Shown: piece by piece, positions 38,195-53,066 of the stretch | Position numbering within the stretch: position 1 is the stretch's first letter | Layout: each line of letters opens with the position of its first letter | Assembly: GCA_951406725.2 (NCBI GenBank) | Contig: OX597815.1 | Span: 27,032,001 to 27,096,000 of the forward strand | From: Octopus vulgaris | Taxonomy: Eukaryota | Reading direction: 5' to 3' | Length of the DNA: 64,000 nt | Position numbers and translations under genes: made by a program | Notes under the pieces: model-generated | What the model was told of the DNA's origin: nothing | Database searches by the model: none | What the model saw: only the letters and a program-made list of their open reading frames with translations

Positions 38195-38421
38195 TATTTC
38201 TTTATTGCCCACAAGGGGCTAAACATAGAGGGGACAAACAAGGACAGACAAAGGAATTAAGTCGATTACATCGACCCCAGTGCAAAACTGGTACTTTATT
38301 TATCGACTTTATTTATCCGAAAGGATGAAAGGCAAAGTCGACCTCGGCAGAATTTGAACTCAGAACATAATACCACTAAGCATTTCGCCCAGCGCGCTAA
38401 CATGTCTGCCAGCTCACCACC
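38195..38421 (-). mobile_element. Family B SINE (alternative tail)
   Basis: 17-bp TSD tttagttgtagcatata (38178-38194, 38422-38438). Confidence 0.9.
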
Positions 38422-38824
38422 TTTAGTTGTAGCATATAAGTCACCATTTTAGTTGGTAGCATCAGAGGTTACCAATTTTTAATGTGGGTTTTAATCATTA
38501 ATTCTTTGGTGATATTTGAAAATAGGCTGTGTGTGAAAACAAGAATGACCGCACTAGTATTTATTTGAGTTTTCTTATATATTTATTAACCTGCATTGTT
38601 TGTATTATTTCATGGCATATATTTCATTTAATGGAACAGCATTCATGAGATAATGAACATAATAATTAGGTATTTTCTCTAATATAGAATGCTAGATAAT
38701 ATAATTAAAATAGCTCATAGTTATTGAAGACAAAATAAATAGAGTTAGAATTCTTGCATGTATGTATTGTGTGCATGATTCAGCATTAAAACATAAGGTC
38801 AGTAATGTTTGTGGTACATGACAG

Positions 38825-39201
38825 TGCCCGTGCTAGTAGGGTGCCAAGAGCACCATCCGAGTGTGATCATTGCCAGAGCAGCCAACTGGCTTCCATGCCA
38901 GTGGGACGTAAAAGGGCACCATTCAAGCGTGATCGTTACCAAAGTCGCCTTATTGGCACCTGTGCTGGTGGCATGTGTAAAAGGATTTGAGCGAGGTCGT
39001 TGCCAGTACTGCCAGACTGGCCCCCGTGCCAGTGGCACGTAAAAAGCACCCACAACACTCTCAGAGTGGTTGGCGTTATGAAGGGCATTCAGCTGTAGAA
39101 ACTCTGCCAAATCAAGATTGGAGACTAGTGCAACCATCTGGTTCGCCAGCCCTCAGTCAAAATCGTCCAACCCATGCTAGCATGGAAAGCAGACGTTAGA
39201 C

Positions 39202-39237
<36 letters not shown>

Positions 39238-39243
39238 AATGAC
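38825..39243 (+). mobile_element. RTE 3' module copy
   Basis: Four tandem subrepeats and (GAT)n tail, as at 46195-46593. Confidence 0.9.
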
Positions 39244-40902
39244 TCAAGAATGTTAAGAGAGTGTTAAGAGAAGGTAAAAGGGGGAGATTCACTGAGCAAA
39301 GTGTAAAGTTTTATAAACACTGCTGGCTGGCTCATCATCTGAGGTTGAATTCACCAACATTTTATATGCAAAAGCAAAAGACTTCGATCAAGCTATTTGG
39401 CAGGAAACCTTCCTTCAAGATTTACCATATCAATCATAACTAATCAACCACTGTTGACTGGTTGAGCCATATTCATATAGGCATTAACCCTTTTGAGACA
39501 CACTGTTTTGGTATGTGTAGCCAAAAAGACCATTTTCTTTTCTATTGAGATATATCTACTGAAAGACTATCTCTGGTTAGCTATTACACTTCAAAACCAA
39601 CCATTCTCAACATTTGTTCCCTTGGGCCAATGGATTGTCCCCAAAGTCCTTTCAGTTTGTACCATTTGGGGTGACGAATCAGCCTGGGTGTCCCAAGAGA
39701 GTTAATGCCATTTATGGCAACAATTTGCCTTTTATAGCAGTATCTGTAGGTTGTGGTCCTGAACTGGGAAAATCTAAGAGCAGTGGTTCAAAATTCAGCT
39801 GGAGCCACACTATACACTACTTGCTTTCAGAGAATCCTTGATAATTATTTGGTCTTATTTGAGTATTGTCAATAATGTAGTCATAACTGAATGTTGATGT
39901 TTAGAGCTGTGTATGCCAGGCTCAAATGGAAGCCTTTCACTTCTTATCTGGATAAATCTTGACCAGCTTTTGTACAATTAATCAAAATCATTTCAAGTGG
40001 GTAAAATGTTGTGAAAGAGATGAACAGAGGATGGGTGAAATTGCTAAACAAATTTTCAAAGAGTTTCATTTGTTACCTCCTAAGATGAAATTGTACGGAA
40101 TCTGTATTACAACAGAAAAATTGAAATGGAAATTGAGGAAGATGCATTTCTATCAGTCACATAGCTAGCACACCATTAGTTACAACAACAAGGATTTCAG
40201 TCGATCCAATCAATGGAACAGTCTGCTCATGAAACTAGCATGCAAATAGCTGAGCACTACACTGACAAGCATACCTTAACATATTTCTCAGGGAGATTCA
40301 GTGTGACATAGAATGTGACAAGGCTGACCCTTTGAATTACAGGTACAGCTCAATTTTGCCAGCTGAGTGGACTGGAGCTGTGTGAAATAAAGTACTTTGC
40401 TCAAGTACACCACAAGCCACCTGGAACTGAACTCACGACTTTACAATAATGTGCTAAATGCCCTAACCATTTAACTACATACCTTTACATCAAAGCATAA
40501 GACTTTTGCTGACCTGTGTATTTTGAAATAATAGACACAATAATCTTTTCTTTTAGCTAACAGCTTGATCAATCAATGAAGAGAACTCATCCAAACTGTA
40601 TTTTATTAATGAAAGATATACTAATTGCATTAACGTTAATTCTGTGAGAGTGATTTCTGTTTGTTGTTTGGCTGACAATATTAACCAAATGGATTTAAAA
40701 ACAACTGATAGCAAACACCTAATAAAAGAGATTTTAACTACTGAATTGGTAACACTAGTGATGATAATGTGATAAGGATAACGAAAATGATGGCCATGAT
40801 GATGATAACAACAATGACGATAATAAGTGTGTGTATATGTGTGTATGTATGTGTGTGTGTATATATAAATATATAAATATATATATATACATATATGTAT
40901 AT

Positions 40903-40951
<49 letters not shown>

Positions 40952-41715
40952 CTTGTTCTATTTCTATTCCTGAGCGCCATACTAATACATTTGTTTGTTT
41001 GTACTCCACCTGCCTTCGTCTTTTGTTTATTTTCATAAACCTTCCCATTATATATACATATATATGTGTGTGTGTGTGTGTGTGTATATACATATATATA
41101 TATGTATGTATACATATATGTATATATATATATGTGTGTTTGTATGTATGTGTGTATGTATGTATATTTCTGATAAGAACATCAGCAGATAATCCTCAAC
41201 AAGGACTAATCCTTGATAAAATCTATTTTAACTTATAATTAAATCATAAAACTCCTAAAATATATGCCTCTAAAGACTGTTATTACCTATACACACATGC
41301 ACGTATATGCATAAATACATGTGTGTGTGTGTGTGTGTGAAGATACATAGTCTGACTGCAACAGACTTGATTGATGCAGTTTATTAACACTCTCTCTCTC
41401 CCATCCCCTCTGCCACTCTTTCATCTAAACCATCCTGTTTCTGAGGTCATACTCTTTTTCCTCCACCTCTCTTTCCAGGTAATCAATCTCACTTCCGTTC
41501 ACATTCCTCCTCTTACGCATAGCCTTGGATGAATGAACACATCGAGGAGTGTTCAGGACAACGCCACTCCCAGTATACTATGTAAAGTAGTTTAGCAAAA
41601 ATAATGGCATGACGGAGAGACCCCCTTCATCTTGTTGAAGATATGACAACCTCTTCAGTGTTGGTTCCATTGTAAAATATACCCAATACACACTGTAAAG
41701 TAATTGATGTTAAGA

Positions 41716-42163
41716 AAATCAAACTCAAAATCAAAATCGATCAACATCATTGGAAATTGTAGCTGTGATACCAGTGCCGGTGGCACGTTAGAGAACCATC
41801 CGAACGTGGCCATTGGCCAGCGCCGCCCCGACTGGCCTCCGTGCCAGTGGCACATAAAAAGCACCATCCGATTGTGGCCATTGCCAGCCTCGTCTGGCCC
41901 CCGTGCCAGTGGTGTGTAAAAAGCACCATCCGATCGTAGCCGTTTGCCAGCCTCGTCTGGCACCTGTGCAGGTGGCATGTAAAAAGCACCCACTACACTC
42001 ACGGAGTGGAGTGGTTGGCGTTAGGAAGGGCATCCATCTGTAGAAACACTGCCAGATCAGACTGGGCCTGGCGTAGCCTTCTGGCTTCTCAGGCCCCAGT
42101 TAAACCGTCCAACCCATGCTAGCATGGAAAACGGACGTTAAACGATGATGATGATGATGATGA
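41716..42163 (+). mobile_element. RTE 3' module copy starting at (AAATC)n
   Basis: Near-identical layout to 30341-30788. Confidence 0.9.
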
Positions 42164-42339
42164 AGGGCATCGAGCCATTGAATTTAAGCCTGAACTGAAA
42201 CCTGCAACTAAGATGTGGTCATCTGACTCATCTGGGAGGGCAGTAGGTCTAAATAAGAATTGACTCACACTGTAATGTTCCATCCAACTTTTGCCAACCT
42301 AGAAAGTGCATCTAAAATGACAATGATGGTGAAACATAG

Positions 42340-42900
42340 ATATATGGGTTTGTGCCAAATTGGATGATGGGGAACCATAAATTCCCTGTTCTTAGTGAAA
42401 CATCTACAAAAGTTATAAGCTAAGAATAAGCCACTACTGCTAACATTTTACTGGCCCGGAAAAGGCATTTGGCAGAGTACCATATTCTCTTTGTCTAGTG
42501 ATTGTTAAGAAAACTAGGTGTAAATGAATAGCTTTTGAGGGATGGAGAGGTGTGTAAACCATGTACAGAAATGCCACTAGGAAGATGAAAGTTAGCAATC
42601 AGTTCAGTGAAGAAAAGTGCTGGCAAATATCCATTAAGATTTAGTCCACAGTTCCATCTTCTTTATTATGGTTCTCCAGCACATAAGAGAAATGTTTGAG
42701 GCTGGTTTTATGTGACAATGTGGTCATGACTATCTGGGGTAGTATACAAAAGATCGCAAATGAACTGTGAAAAACATTGGATTTAAGAGGGAAAACAAAT
42801 ATGGTGTGCCCAAGAGAAAACTGTGTTGGTGAAGATGTAATATCGAGTATAATAAGATGTATATGGAGTATAGTAATGGGGCTTGTTCATTCATTGAAAT
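42340..42900 (+). pseudogene. Highly decayed, internally deleted RTE fragment
   Basis: ttggatgatg, gctaagaataagccact and gaaaaggcatttggcagagtacc resemble LDEMQ, AKDKPL and EKAFDRVP. Confidence 0.5.
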
Positions 42901-42907
42901 GAATGCA

Positions 42908-43452
42908 GTGTAACCAGCCCACTTATGCATACCTTTCCTTCATTAGACACTAAACTCTGCTTGCAAAGACCTGTTGAGGCAAGTGAAATCGAAATCAAAT
43001 TCGATGACTGACATTCGTGCTAGTGGAGTGCTAAGAGTACCAACCGAGCATGATCATTACCAGAGCAGCAAACTGGCTTCCGTGCTGGTGGCACATAATA
43101 AGCACCATTCGAGCATGATTGTTACCAGCATCACCTTACTGGCACATGAAAAAACATTCAAACGAGGTCATTGCCAGTGCCGCTGGACTGGCTCCTGTGC
43201 AGGTGGCACGTAAAGAACTCCATTTGAGCATGGTCATTGGCAGTACCACCTGATTGGCCCTCATGCCGGTGATGCGTAAAAGCACCCACTACATGCTCGG
43301 AGTGGTTGGCATTAGGAATGGCATGCTGCTGTAGAAACTCTGCCAGATCAGATTGAAGCCTGGTGCAGCCGTCTGGTTTGCCAGTCCTCAGTGATATTAT
43401 CCAACCCATGCTAGCATGGAAAGCAAATGTTAAACGATGGTAATGATGATGA

Positions 43453-43455
<3 letters not shown>
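42908..43455 (+). mobile_element. RTE 3' UTR copy (both UTR segments)
   Basis: taaccagcccacttatgcatacctttccttc...gcaagtgaaatcgaaatc, matching 46088-46593. Confidence 0.9.
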
Positions 43456-43504
<49 letters not shown>

Positions 43505-43667
43505 GTATTATTAGGTATTATTAGGTATGATTTATCAACATGTTGAAAAACAGCAAAAACAGTTCCTTGAGGTTGAAATCTTATAAGCCTTTAAGAGCAA
43601 AACATGCAGTCCCAATCAAATCAATCCTATATATAAGTATTGGTATATGATAAATTCATACATATGC

Positions 43668-43709
<42 letters not shown>

Positions 43710-43715
43710 TATATA

Positions 43716-43810
<95 letters not shown>

Positions 43811-43948
43811 TCATCATCATCATCATCATCGTTTAGCGTCCGGTTTCCATGCTAGCATGGGTTGGACGGTTCTACTGGGGTCTGTGAAGCCAGAAGGCTC
43901 ATCAGGCCCAGTCAAATCTGGCAGTGTTTCTACGGCTGGATGCCCTTC

Positions 43949-43979
<31 letters not shown>

Positions 43980-43985
43980 TATATA

Positions 43986-44016
<31 letters not shown>

Positions 44017-44025
44017 GATAGATGG

Positions 44026-44056
<31 letters not shown>

Positions 44057-44058
44057 TA

Positions 44059-46592
44059 GGCTTTGAAGGACTGGAAGAACAGTGGTAGTAGGGAAGTGTA
44101 TCAGACTGCCTGAAGGGAAGCTAGGAGGCAGGTTTATTTAGCCAGAAGGGAAGCAGATAAGAAAAAATTTGCCAGTGTTCTGCGCCGTGAGGACCAAAGA
44201 CTTGAGGTAGTTCGTGTTGCAAGACAGTGTGTGAGAGAGAATCGTGATGTTGAAGGAGAAAAATGTGTTCGTATGGATGATGGTTCACTTGCGCTAAATG
44301 AGGATGCAAAGAGAGAGGTTTGAAGACGCCACTATGAAAGGTTGCTGAATAAAGAAAATGATAGGAGAAAGAGAGTCTGCTGAATGTCAACCCACCAGAG
44401 GGACTAGCTATCCGAGTTGACAGTACCTTGGTAGATAAAGCAATTAGAAGTATGAAGACAGGGAAAGCCCCTGGCCCATCAGGAATTACTGCAGTGGTGC
44501 TCAAAATATCTGGCAGTGTCGGTTATAGCCTAGTCACCCGTATAGTTAACCAGGTGATACATGAAGGAGTCATACACAATGACTGGTGTAGCAGCATAAT
44601 AGTTAACTGCTAGAAAGGAAAAGGTGACGCTTTAGATACAAATAATTACAGAGGTGTCAAGCTGTTGGATCAGGTAATGAAGGTTACAGAGAGGATCATA
44701 GCCCAACTGATTAGGGAGAGAGTCAGCTTGGATGAGATGCAGTTTGGTTTCGTGCCAGAGAAAAGCACCACTGACGCCATATTTCTGGTAAGACAGCTGC
44801 AGGAGAAATACCTAGCCAAAGATAAGCCCCTGTACCTGGCTTTCATTGACATGGAGAAAGCCTTTGACAGGGACCCCCGATCCCTTATCTGGTGGTCAAT
44901 GAGGAAACTAGGGATAGAAGAATGGTTAGTGAGAGCTGTGCAAGCCATGTACAGGGACGCTGTCAGTAAAGTAAGGGTTGGCAACGAGTACTCCGAAGAA
45001 TTCAGGGTAGAGATAGGGGTTCACCAAGGTTCAGTCCTCAGCCCCCTCCTATTTATCATAGTCCTCCAGGCAATAATGGAGGAATTCAAGACAGGATGCC
45101 CCTGGGAGCTCCTCTATGCTGATGACCTTGCTCTAATTGCTGAGTCACAATCAGAACTAGAGGAGAAGTTTCAAGTGTAGAAACAAGAATTAGAATCGAA
45201 GGGCCTTAGAGTCAACCTAGCTAAAATGAAAGTCCTAATAAGTAGGAAGGCAGACAAACCACTAATCCCTTCAGGTAGATACCCCTGCTGAATCTGTAGT
45301 AGAGGCATAGGTAGAAACTCTATAAGATGTACCCAGTGTAAGCTATGGACACATAAGAAGTGCAGTAATATCAAAGAAAGGCTAACTGGGAAGATAGTTT
45401 TTGTATGTGTCAGATGCTCGGGAGCAATAAACACTGAAAATGTGCAGAGAACAGAGAGAAAAACTAGAAGTAGTTGATAGCTTCCATTACCTAGGTGACC
45501 AAGTCAGTAGCAGGGGAGGGTGCGCTGAAAGTGTAGCTGCTAGAATAAGAATAGCTTGGGCAAAGTTCAGAGAGCTCTTACCTCTTCTGGTGACAAAGGG
45601 CCTCTCGCTCAGAGTAAAAGGTAGACTGTATGATGCTTGTGTACGAACAGCCATGCTACACAGCAGTGAAACATGGACTGTGACTGCTGAGGACATGCGT
45701 AAGCTCACAAGAAATGAAGCCAGTATGATCCAATGGATGTGCAATGTCAGTGTGCATACCCGACAGAGTGTAAGTACCTTGAGAGAAAAGTTAGACCTAA
45801 GAAGCATCAGATGTGATGTGTGAGAGAGACGACTGCACTGGTATGGTCATGTGGCGAGAATGGATGAGGATAGCTGTGTGAAAAAGTGCCACACCCTAAG
45901 CGGTTGAGGGAACCTGTGGAAGAGGTAGACCCAGGAAGACCTGGGATGAAGTGGTGAAGCACGACCTTCGAACATTAGGCCTCACCAAGGAAATGACTAG
46001 TGACCGAGACATTTGGAAATATGCTGTGCTTGAGAAGACCCAGCAAGCCAAATGAGACCATAACCTCGTGGCGAATGCCAGGAGCATAACCAGCCCACTT
46101 ATGCGTACCTTTTCCTTCTTTGGACACTAAAACTCTGCTTGCAAAGACCTTTTGAGCCAAGTGAAATCAAAATCAAAATCAAATTCAAATTCGATGACTG
46201 GCATCCATGTTAGTAGGGAACCAAGAGCACCATCCGAGCATGATCGTTGCCAGATTGACTAACTGGCTTCCGTGCCGGTGGCATGTAAAAGGCACCATTC
46301 GAGTGTGGTCATTACCAGCATCGCCTTACTGGCACCTGTGCTGGTGACATGTGTAAAAAGATTCAAGTGAGGTTGCTGCCAGTACCACCAGACTGGCCCC
46401 CATGCCAGTGGCACGTAAAAGCACCCGCTACACTCTCGGAGTGGTTGGCATTAGGAAGGGCATCCAGCTGCAGAAACTCTGCCAGATCATGATTGGAGCC
46501 TGTTGCAGGCATCTGGTTTGCCAGCCCTCAGTCAAAATCGTCCAACCTATGCTAGCATGGAAAGCGGACGTTAAACGATGATGATGATGATG

Positions 46593-46593
<1 letters not shown>
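44059..46593 (+). mobile_element. RTE-clade LINE, 5'-truncated, RT domain pseudogenised
   Basis: KAPGPSGI, NYRGVKLL, QFGFVP, FIDMEKAFD, GVHQGSVLSPLLF, YADD (45115-45126), NLAKMKV, PHD-like C/H cluster, GRGRPRKTW; in-frame stops; (GAT)n tail. Confidence 0.97.
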
Positions 46594-46645
<52 letters not shown>

Positions 46646-46763
46646 GAGAGAGAGAGAGCGAAAGAGAGAGATAGTCAACAGACAGAGAGATAAATAGATA
46701 TAGATATAGTGACATAGGTATACATTTACACACACTATACATGTGTATGTATATGTATGTGTG

Positions 46764-46820
<57 letters not shown>

Positions 46821-47049
46821 TATATATATATATACATACATATGTACGTACACACCCACACACTCACACACACATACACACACAATGATGCGTATATTCA
46901 ATGTTAATACATTCCGACAGACTCTGATATGAATCTACTTTAAGCGGTTTCCGTATCCAAGTCAGCAGAAGCATCTTAAGAGTGAATATACATTTCACTG
47001 TTTTGATTCTAATTGCTTTGCATGCTCATAATATTGATAGATATACATT

Positions 47050-47114
<65 letters not shown>

Positions 47115-47119
<5 letters not shown>

Positions 47120-47326
47120 TAATCCAAACAAGAAAACAAAAACAAAAAAACAACAACGCAAGGACGAGGAACAAATAAAGTATTATTGGATGCTCAGGAA
47201 AGAAGGGAAGAAGGAGGGTTTGACGTTTCGAGCAGAGCTCTTCGTCGGAAGCATAGGGGAAGGAAAGATCGCGAGAAGGGAAGACAGAGGAAAAAAATCA
47301 CTAGTGATACAGACGAGGTCACATAC
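47115..47326 (-). mobile_element. Short (TA)n-inserted Penelope-terminus-like element with atypical minimal hammerhead
   Basis: Minus strand 47252-47218: gctt-CCGACGA-a-gagc-tct-gctc-GAAACGTC-aaac. Confidence 0.6.
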
Positions 47327-47416
47327 TATATATATATTCATTTTTGTATACACACACACACACATATATATATACATATATACATATATATATACATGCA
47401 CATATGTATATATATT

Positions 47417-47467
<51 letters not shown>

Positions 47468-47471
47468 GTGC

Positions 47472-47508
<37 letters not shown>

Positions 47509-47569
47509 TATCTATATATCTATATCTAGAAATATATATATATATATACATATATACATATATCTTCTG

Positions 47570-47769
47570 CTATTACTTGTTTCACTCATTGGCCAGGGGC
47601 TCTGCCTTGAATGGTTTTAGTCGAAGAAATCGACCGTAGGTCTTATTCTTTGTAAGTCTAGTACTTATTCTATCGGTCTCTTTTGCTGAACTGCTAAGTT
47701 ATGAGTATGTAAACACAACAACATCGGTTGTCAAGCAATGCTGGGAGGCGGGACAAACACACATACATG

Positions 47770-47840
<71 letters not shown>

Positions 47841-47951
47841 AGAGTTTACGAAAAAAACAAAAGACGAAGACAGGTGGTGTAGAAAACAAACAAATGTATT
47901 AGTATAGCGCTCATGAATAGAAAAAGTCTTTTACGTTTCGAGCCTACGCTC

Positions 47952-47991
<40 letters not shown>

Positions 47992-48633
47992 CAGGCTTCT
48001 TTCAGTTTCCATCTACCAAAGCCACTCACAAGGCTTTGGTCAGCCCGAGACTATAGTAGAAGACACTTGCCCAAGGTGTCACACTGTGGGACTGGACCCA
48101 GAACCATGTGGTTGGGAAGCATACCATACAGCCACACCTGTGCTTGTATGCTGATGCAATCCACATCAACAAGCCACACAATTCTACCAACACATGTGGT
48201 ACTGAAACTATTTCAAAAAATTTCTATCACAACAACGAACTCGCTAGAACAGCCTGCCGATAACAACACATTTCTGCAGACTATATGATTAGTTGGAGTT
48301 TTTTTGTTCTTTTTTATTTTGTTTTTCTATTTTGTAATAGGAAAGAGGTGTTCTTTCTGAAATATTATAGGGTCCTTAAACAACTTACTCTTTTATTCTT
48401 TTGCTCTTTTACATGTTTCAGTCATTTTGGCTGTGGCCATGTTGGAGCACCACCTGAAAGTGTTTTCATCAAAGAAATTTACTCCAGAACTTATAGTTTG
48501 TAAGTCTAGTACTTATTCTATCAGTCTTTTTTTGCCAAACTTCTGTGTTATGGGGACATAAACACACCAACATCAATTGTCAAGACGCAAAGACACAAAA
48601 CACACACAAATACATATACATATATATATATAC

Positions 48634-48668
<35 letters not shown>

Positions 48669-49225
48669 TACATGACCGGCTTCTTTCAGTTTCCATCTAC
48701 CAAATCAACTCATAAAATCTTTGGTCGGTCCGAGGCCATAGTAAGAAACACTTGCCTAAGGTGGCATGCAGTGGGACTGAACCTAGAACCATGTGGTTGA
48801 GAAACAAACTTCTTACCACACGCAATATCTTTTGTCTTTATTCACTGACATCCTTTTACATATTTTGCTACATTCCTCACACACATAAGGTCAAGGGCTT
48901 TTGAAAACATTTACCTCATTTACACTTAATGGAATGGTTCAAACACATTATAATATATATCTTTTATCTTTCATCTTTCATTTGTTTCAGTCATCAGACT
49001 GTGACCATGCTAGAGCAATGCCTTGAAGAATATTTTATAGTCAAATAAATAGATTCCAGTACTCTTTTTTGTTTTTATAAGCCTTGTACTCATTCTATCG
49101 GTGTCTTTTGGTGAACCACAAAGTTATGGGGAAGTAAACAGCTCAACGCAATTTATCAAGCAGTCGTATGAGGAGACAAACACAGACAAAGACATATAGA
49201 CATACACAGAGATAGACAGACAGAC

Positions 49226-49317
<92 letters not shown>

Positions 49318-49432
49318 GAGAAAGGCTACTTTCAGTTTCCTTCTACCAAATCCACTCACAAGGCCTTGGTCAGCCCGAGGCTATAGTAGAAGACACTTGC
49401 CCAAGGTGCCATGCTGTAAGACTGAACCCAGA
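47570..49432 (-). mobile_element. Cluster of three family A SINEs in the same orientation
   Basis: Heads at 47990-48148, 48675-48822, 49322-49432; tails at 47570, 48385, 48960. Confidence 0.85.
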
Positions 49433-49433
49433 A

Positions 49434-49468
<35 letters not shown>

Positions 49469-49614
49469 TGTATGTATGTATGTATGCAAGCATGTGTGTG
49501 ACTGTGTATATACAAATACACACATGCACTCACAAACAACACACAACACACACACACACAAAACATAACACACACATACACACGCATGCACGCATACATA
49601 CATACATACATACA

Positions 49615-49706
<92 letters not shown>

Positions 49707-50286
49707 GTGGGAAACAAGAAAGACTTGGGACAAGGTAGTGAAAACTATTGATCTGAATATACTACATCTCATGGGATGACAAAGGACCATTTTGGTTGGT
49801 TATATGCAGTGTTGCAGCAGAAACACTGAGCACTCATGTTGTAATGCGCCCTGACACAGGTACATTATTTAGAGGCTGAGATATTTCTTGTACACGCCAA
49901 GCCTATCGCCTGCAGCCCCTCTCACCTTGCACTCTGTCTCCTCTTTTCTACCTATAGCTCTCCTTCCTCACTCATACCACTCTATTCCTCATTCTCCCCG
50001 TCCTACCTGGCTCACTCTTCATAGACCTGTGTTTGAGAGACTGCGTCAGACCACCCACATCCTTCTACCCAATACCCTATAGTTTCTCTCCACTAGGTCA
50101 CTTCTGTTGCCAACCATCACCTACCCTTTCCTTTATCTCATTACCTACTTCTGCAATTGGCAATTACTCAATTTATACCAAAAAGAATCCTGCCTCTTAT
50201 ACTTTATTCTTGCTCCCCTGACCCTCATTCTGGCCCATCTAATGTAATCACTCACTCTCCCTCTCTTTCTCTCTCTCTCTCTCTCC

Positions 50287-50287
<1 letters not shown>

Positions 50288-50327
<40 letters not shown>

Positions 50328-50453
50328 AATCTATCTATCTATCTATCTACCTACCTATCATCTATCTATCTATCTATCTATCATCTATCTATCTATCTAT
50401 CTATCTACCTACCTACCTACCTACCTATCTATCTATGTATCTATCTATCTATG

Positions 50454-50514
<61 letters not shown>

Positions 50515-50515
50515 C
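50288..50515. repeat. (CTAT)n microsatellite
   Basis: Direct inspection. Confidence 0.95.
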
Positions 50516-51159
50516 TAAGTTCTCTCCTATAACCAAATGTATACATCCTAAGTTTTTGAATGACTGCTCACCTACACACATGCTTCTCTCACCCATCTTT
50601 GTACTGTTGTCACTGCTCCCCCACTTTCTATCTTGTGCAATTCCCTCCTCCCCTTCCTCCTCTTCAGTTCACATCTTTAGGCTACCAAGTACTTTCTACT
50701 CTTCCTGTGTACCTTTCTTCACTTTCCAGCTAGTGTCAGGAGATAAAGCTATCAAATTGTGCCACTTCTAGAGAGATTGGGGAGCATAACAAGCTCTCTA
50801 GTGTTAGTACCATGAAAAATGTACCCTGTACACACAAAAATTTGGTCAGTAAATGGGCAGAGAAAGTTGGCACCACAAAAAGATATGCCCTGTACATTTA
50901 GTAAAGTAGTTATTGAGAGGAAGGGTATCCAACCATAGAAACCAAACCAAATGATACACACAAACACTAGTCCATGGGAGCAGTGGGTACCAATAACAGA
51001 TGATTTAAACTGTGACAACTCCTCCAACCCATGCCAGTATGGAAAACAGACATGAAACACTGATGATGAATTGAAAGAGGAGGAGGAGTATACTTGCATT
51101 CATAGATACATCTTTACTTATATATGACTGCATGTTTATCAATACATGCATATATTTTG

Positions 51160-51212
<53 letters not shown>

Positions 51213-51346
51213 TAATAAAAATGGTTTCAAATTTTGGCACAAGGTCAGCAGTTTTGGGGAAGGGGCCAAGTCAATTAAGTCAATCCCAGTGCTCAACTAG
51301 TACTTGTTTTATCAACTCTGAAAGGATGAAAGGCAGAGTCGATCTC

Positions 51347-51381
<35 letters not shown>

Positions 51382-51689
51382 CATTGTAACAACAACAATC
51401 CTTTCTACTATAGGCACAAGGCCTAAATTTGAGGTTATGGGGCTAGTTGATTACATCAACTCCAGTGCATAACTGGTACTTTTTTCATATTTCATCGACC
51501 CCCCAAAATGATGAAAGGCAAAAATACTAATATTGTACACGTTACGCAGGTGTACTATGACTCAACAGAAAAAGGTAAAAGAGGAGATACAAGTTGCAAT
51601 AAGTCCAGTAAAGAAAGACAGCATGTGATAGTAAGAAGTGTATGTATAAAAGAAAAAAACAAAACACAGAAAAGTGAAGTGTAAAAAGG

Positions 51690-52260
51690 AAGGGAAAAAT
51701 TGTGAAGGCATGTCAGGAGTGATGTTGACACATTTTGGGAAGCATGGAAGCAATGTCCTGATAGCTAAAAAAACCCATTGCAGTTAATTTATTCCATGCT
51801 TTGGCAATTCTGAATGTGAAATAAATGTTTCCAGAAGTCCTGGGTGTTGTGTTGTTTTTGATTTTACGAGCATCTCCACAGGTGGGAGAAATACCGAATT
51901 GAAAAAAGTGACTAACTGGTAGATAATCTTGTGGGTTTCTACCAAGTCAGCTGCCACACCTTGAAGCTTTGATGTATCTTTGATGTATCACTGCCCACAA
52001 AAAAAAAACAACAACAACAAAAAAAAAAGACTTTCAAGACATAAAGTGAACCGACAAAGTGAATTCGTCTGGTAGCACATCTCTGGACAGCTTCCGGTAG
52101 ATCGATATTTTATACAAGAAGTGGGGTTATAGCCATATATAGCTTTAAATAGATGGCTGGTGAGCGGCTGACAAAGGTCTTAGTGATTGTTGCTAAGACA
52201 CCAGCCTTTTTGATGATTTTAGAAATCGGGTTCATCTGATGCATTGCTGTTGACAATAAT
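51690..52260 (-). pseudogene. Decayed CR1/L2-type LINE fragment
   Basis: KKAGVLATITKTFVSRSPAIYLKLYMAI matches 58001-58534. Confidence 0.75.
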
Positions 52261-52337
52261 GCCTGGGTCATGTTCATCAACAGATTTCTACATGTATATA
52301 AAGTATGTGCATATATATATATATATCTTTGAATATA

Positions 52338-52386
<49 letters not shown>

Positions 52387-52831
52387 GTACATACCTGTAC
52401 ACCGTTACAAATATAAGTATACAAGTATGTAAGTATGCATGCATGCACTCATACCTACTTACATAGCTCCCTATCTATCTACATACATCCTACATATATA
52501 GAAAAGCCTAAAGGCACATACACACATGCACAAACACACATACACTCTTAACCCAAAGGCTAAGAAGACCAAACAGTCATGCAAGAAAGATTTCAATACA
52601 TTTTAGAATTATTAAGAATTATATTGATTTGTGATTTGTGATTTGTGATTTGATTATAACCCCTAACCCCTATGACAGCACCGACATTTCAAGTCTCACA
52701 ACTTTTCTCGTGGACAAATGTTCGCTGTTGCGAAAAGTCGCAAGATCTGAAACATTGGTAATCACTGTAAGAATAATATTAAAATAATATATTAATATAT
52801 ACATCCGCAGACAGATGAACAGATAGGTGGA

Positions 52832-52948
<117 letters not shown>

Positions 52949-53041
52949 GTACATATTCTTGCTTTCATCAACATGTGCACACTTAATATGATATGATATT
53001 GCAAAAATAAATGTAAAATTTATCCAAAATTTTGTACTCAC

Positions 53042-53066
53042 CCAAATGTGAATTATACTCCTCCAT
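53042..53066 (-). CDS. Putative first coding segment (MEEYNSHL plus 1 nt) of an unidentified gene
   Basis: aaaacgATGG strong Kozak context, then TGG|gtgagt donor (53041-53036), phase 1; lies in ~700 bp of repeat-free sequence. Confidence 0.45.

Noticed and set aside
52657-52671. Telomere-like taacccctaacccct
   Set aside because: Only two units and not TTAGGG-periodic.
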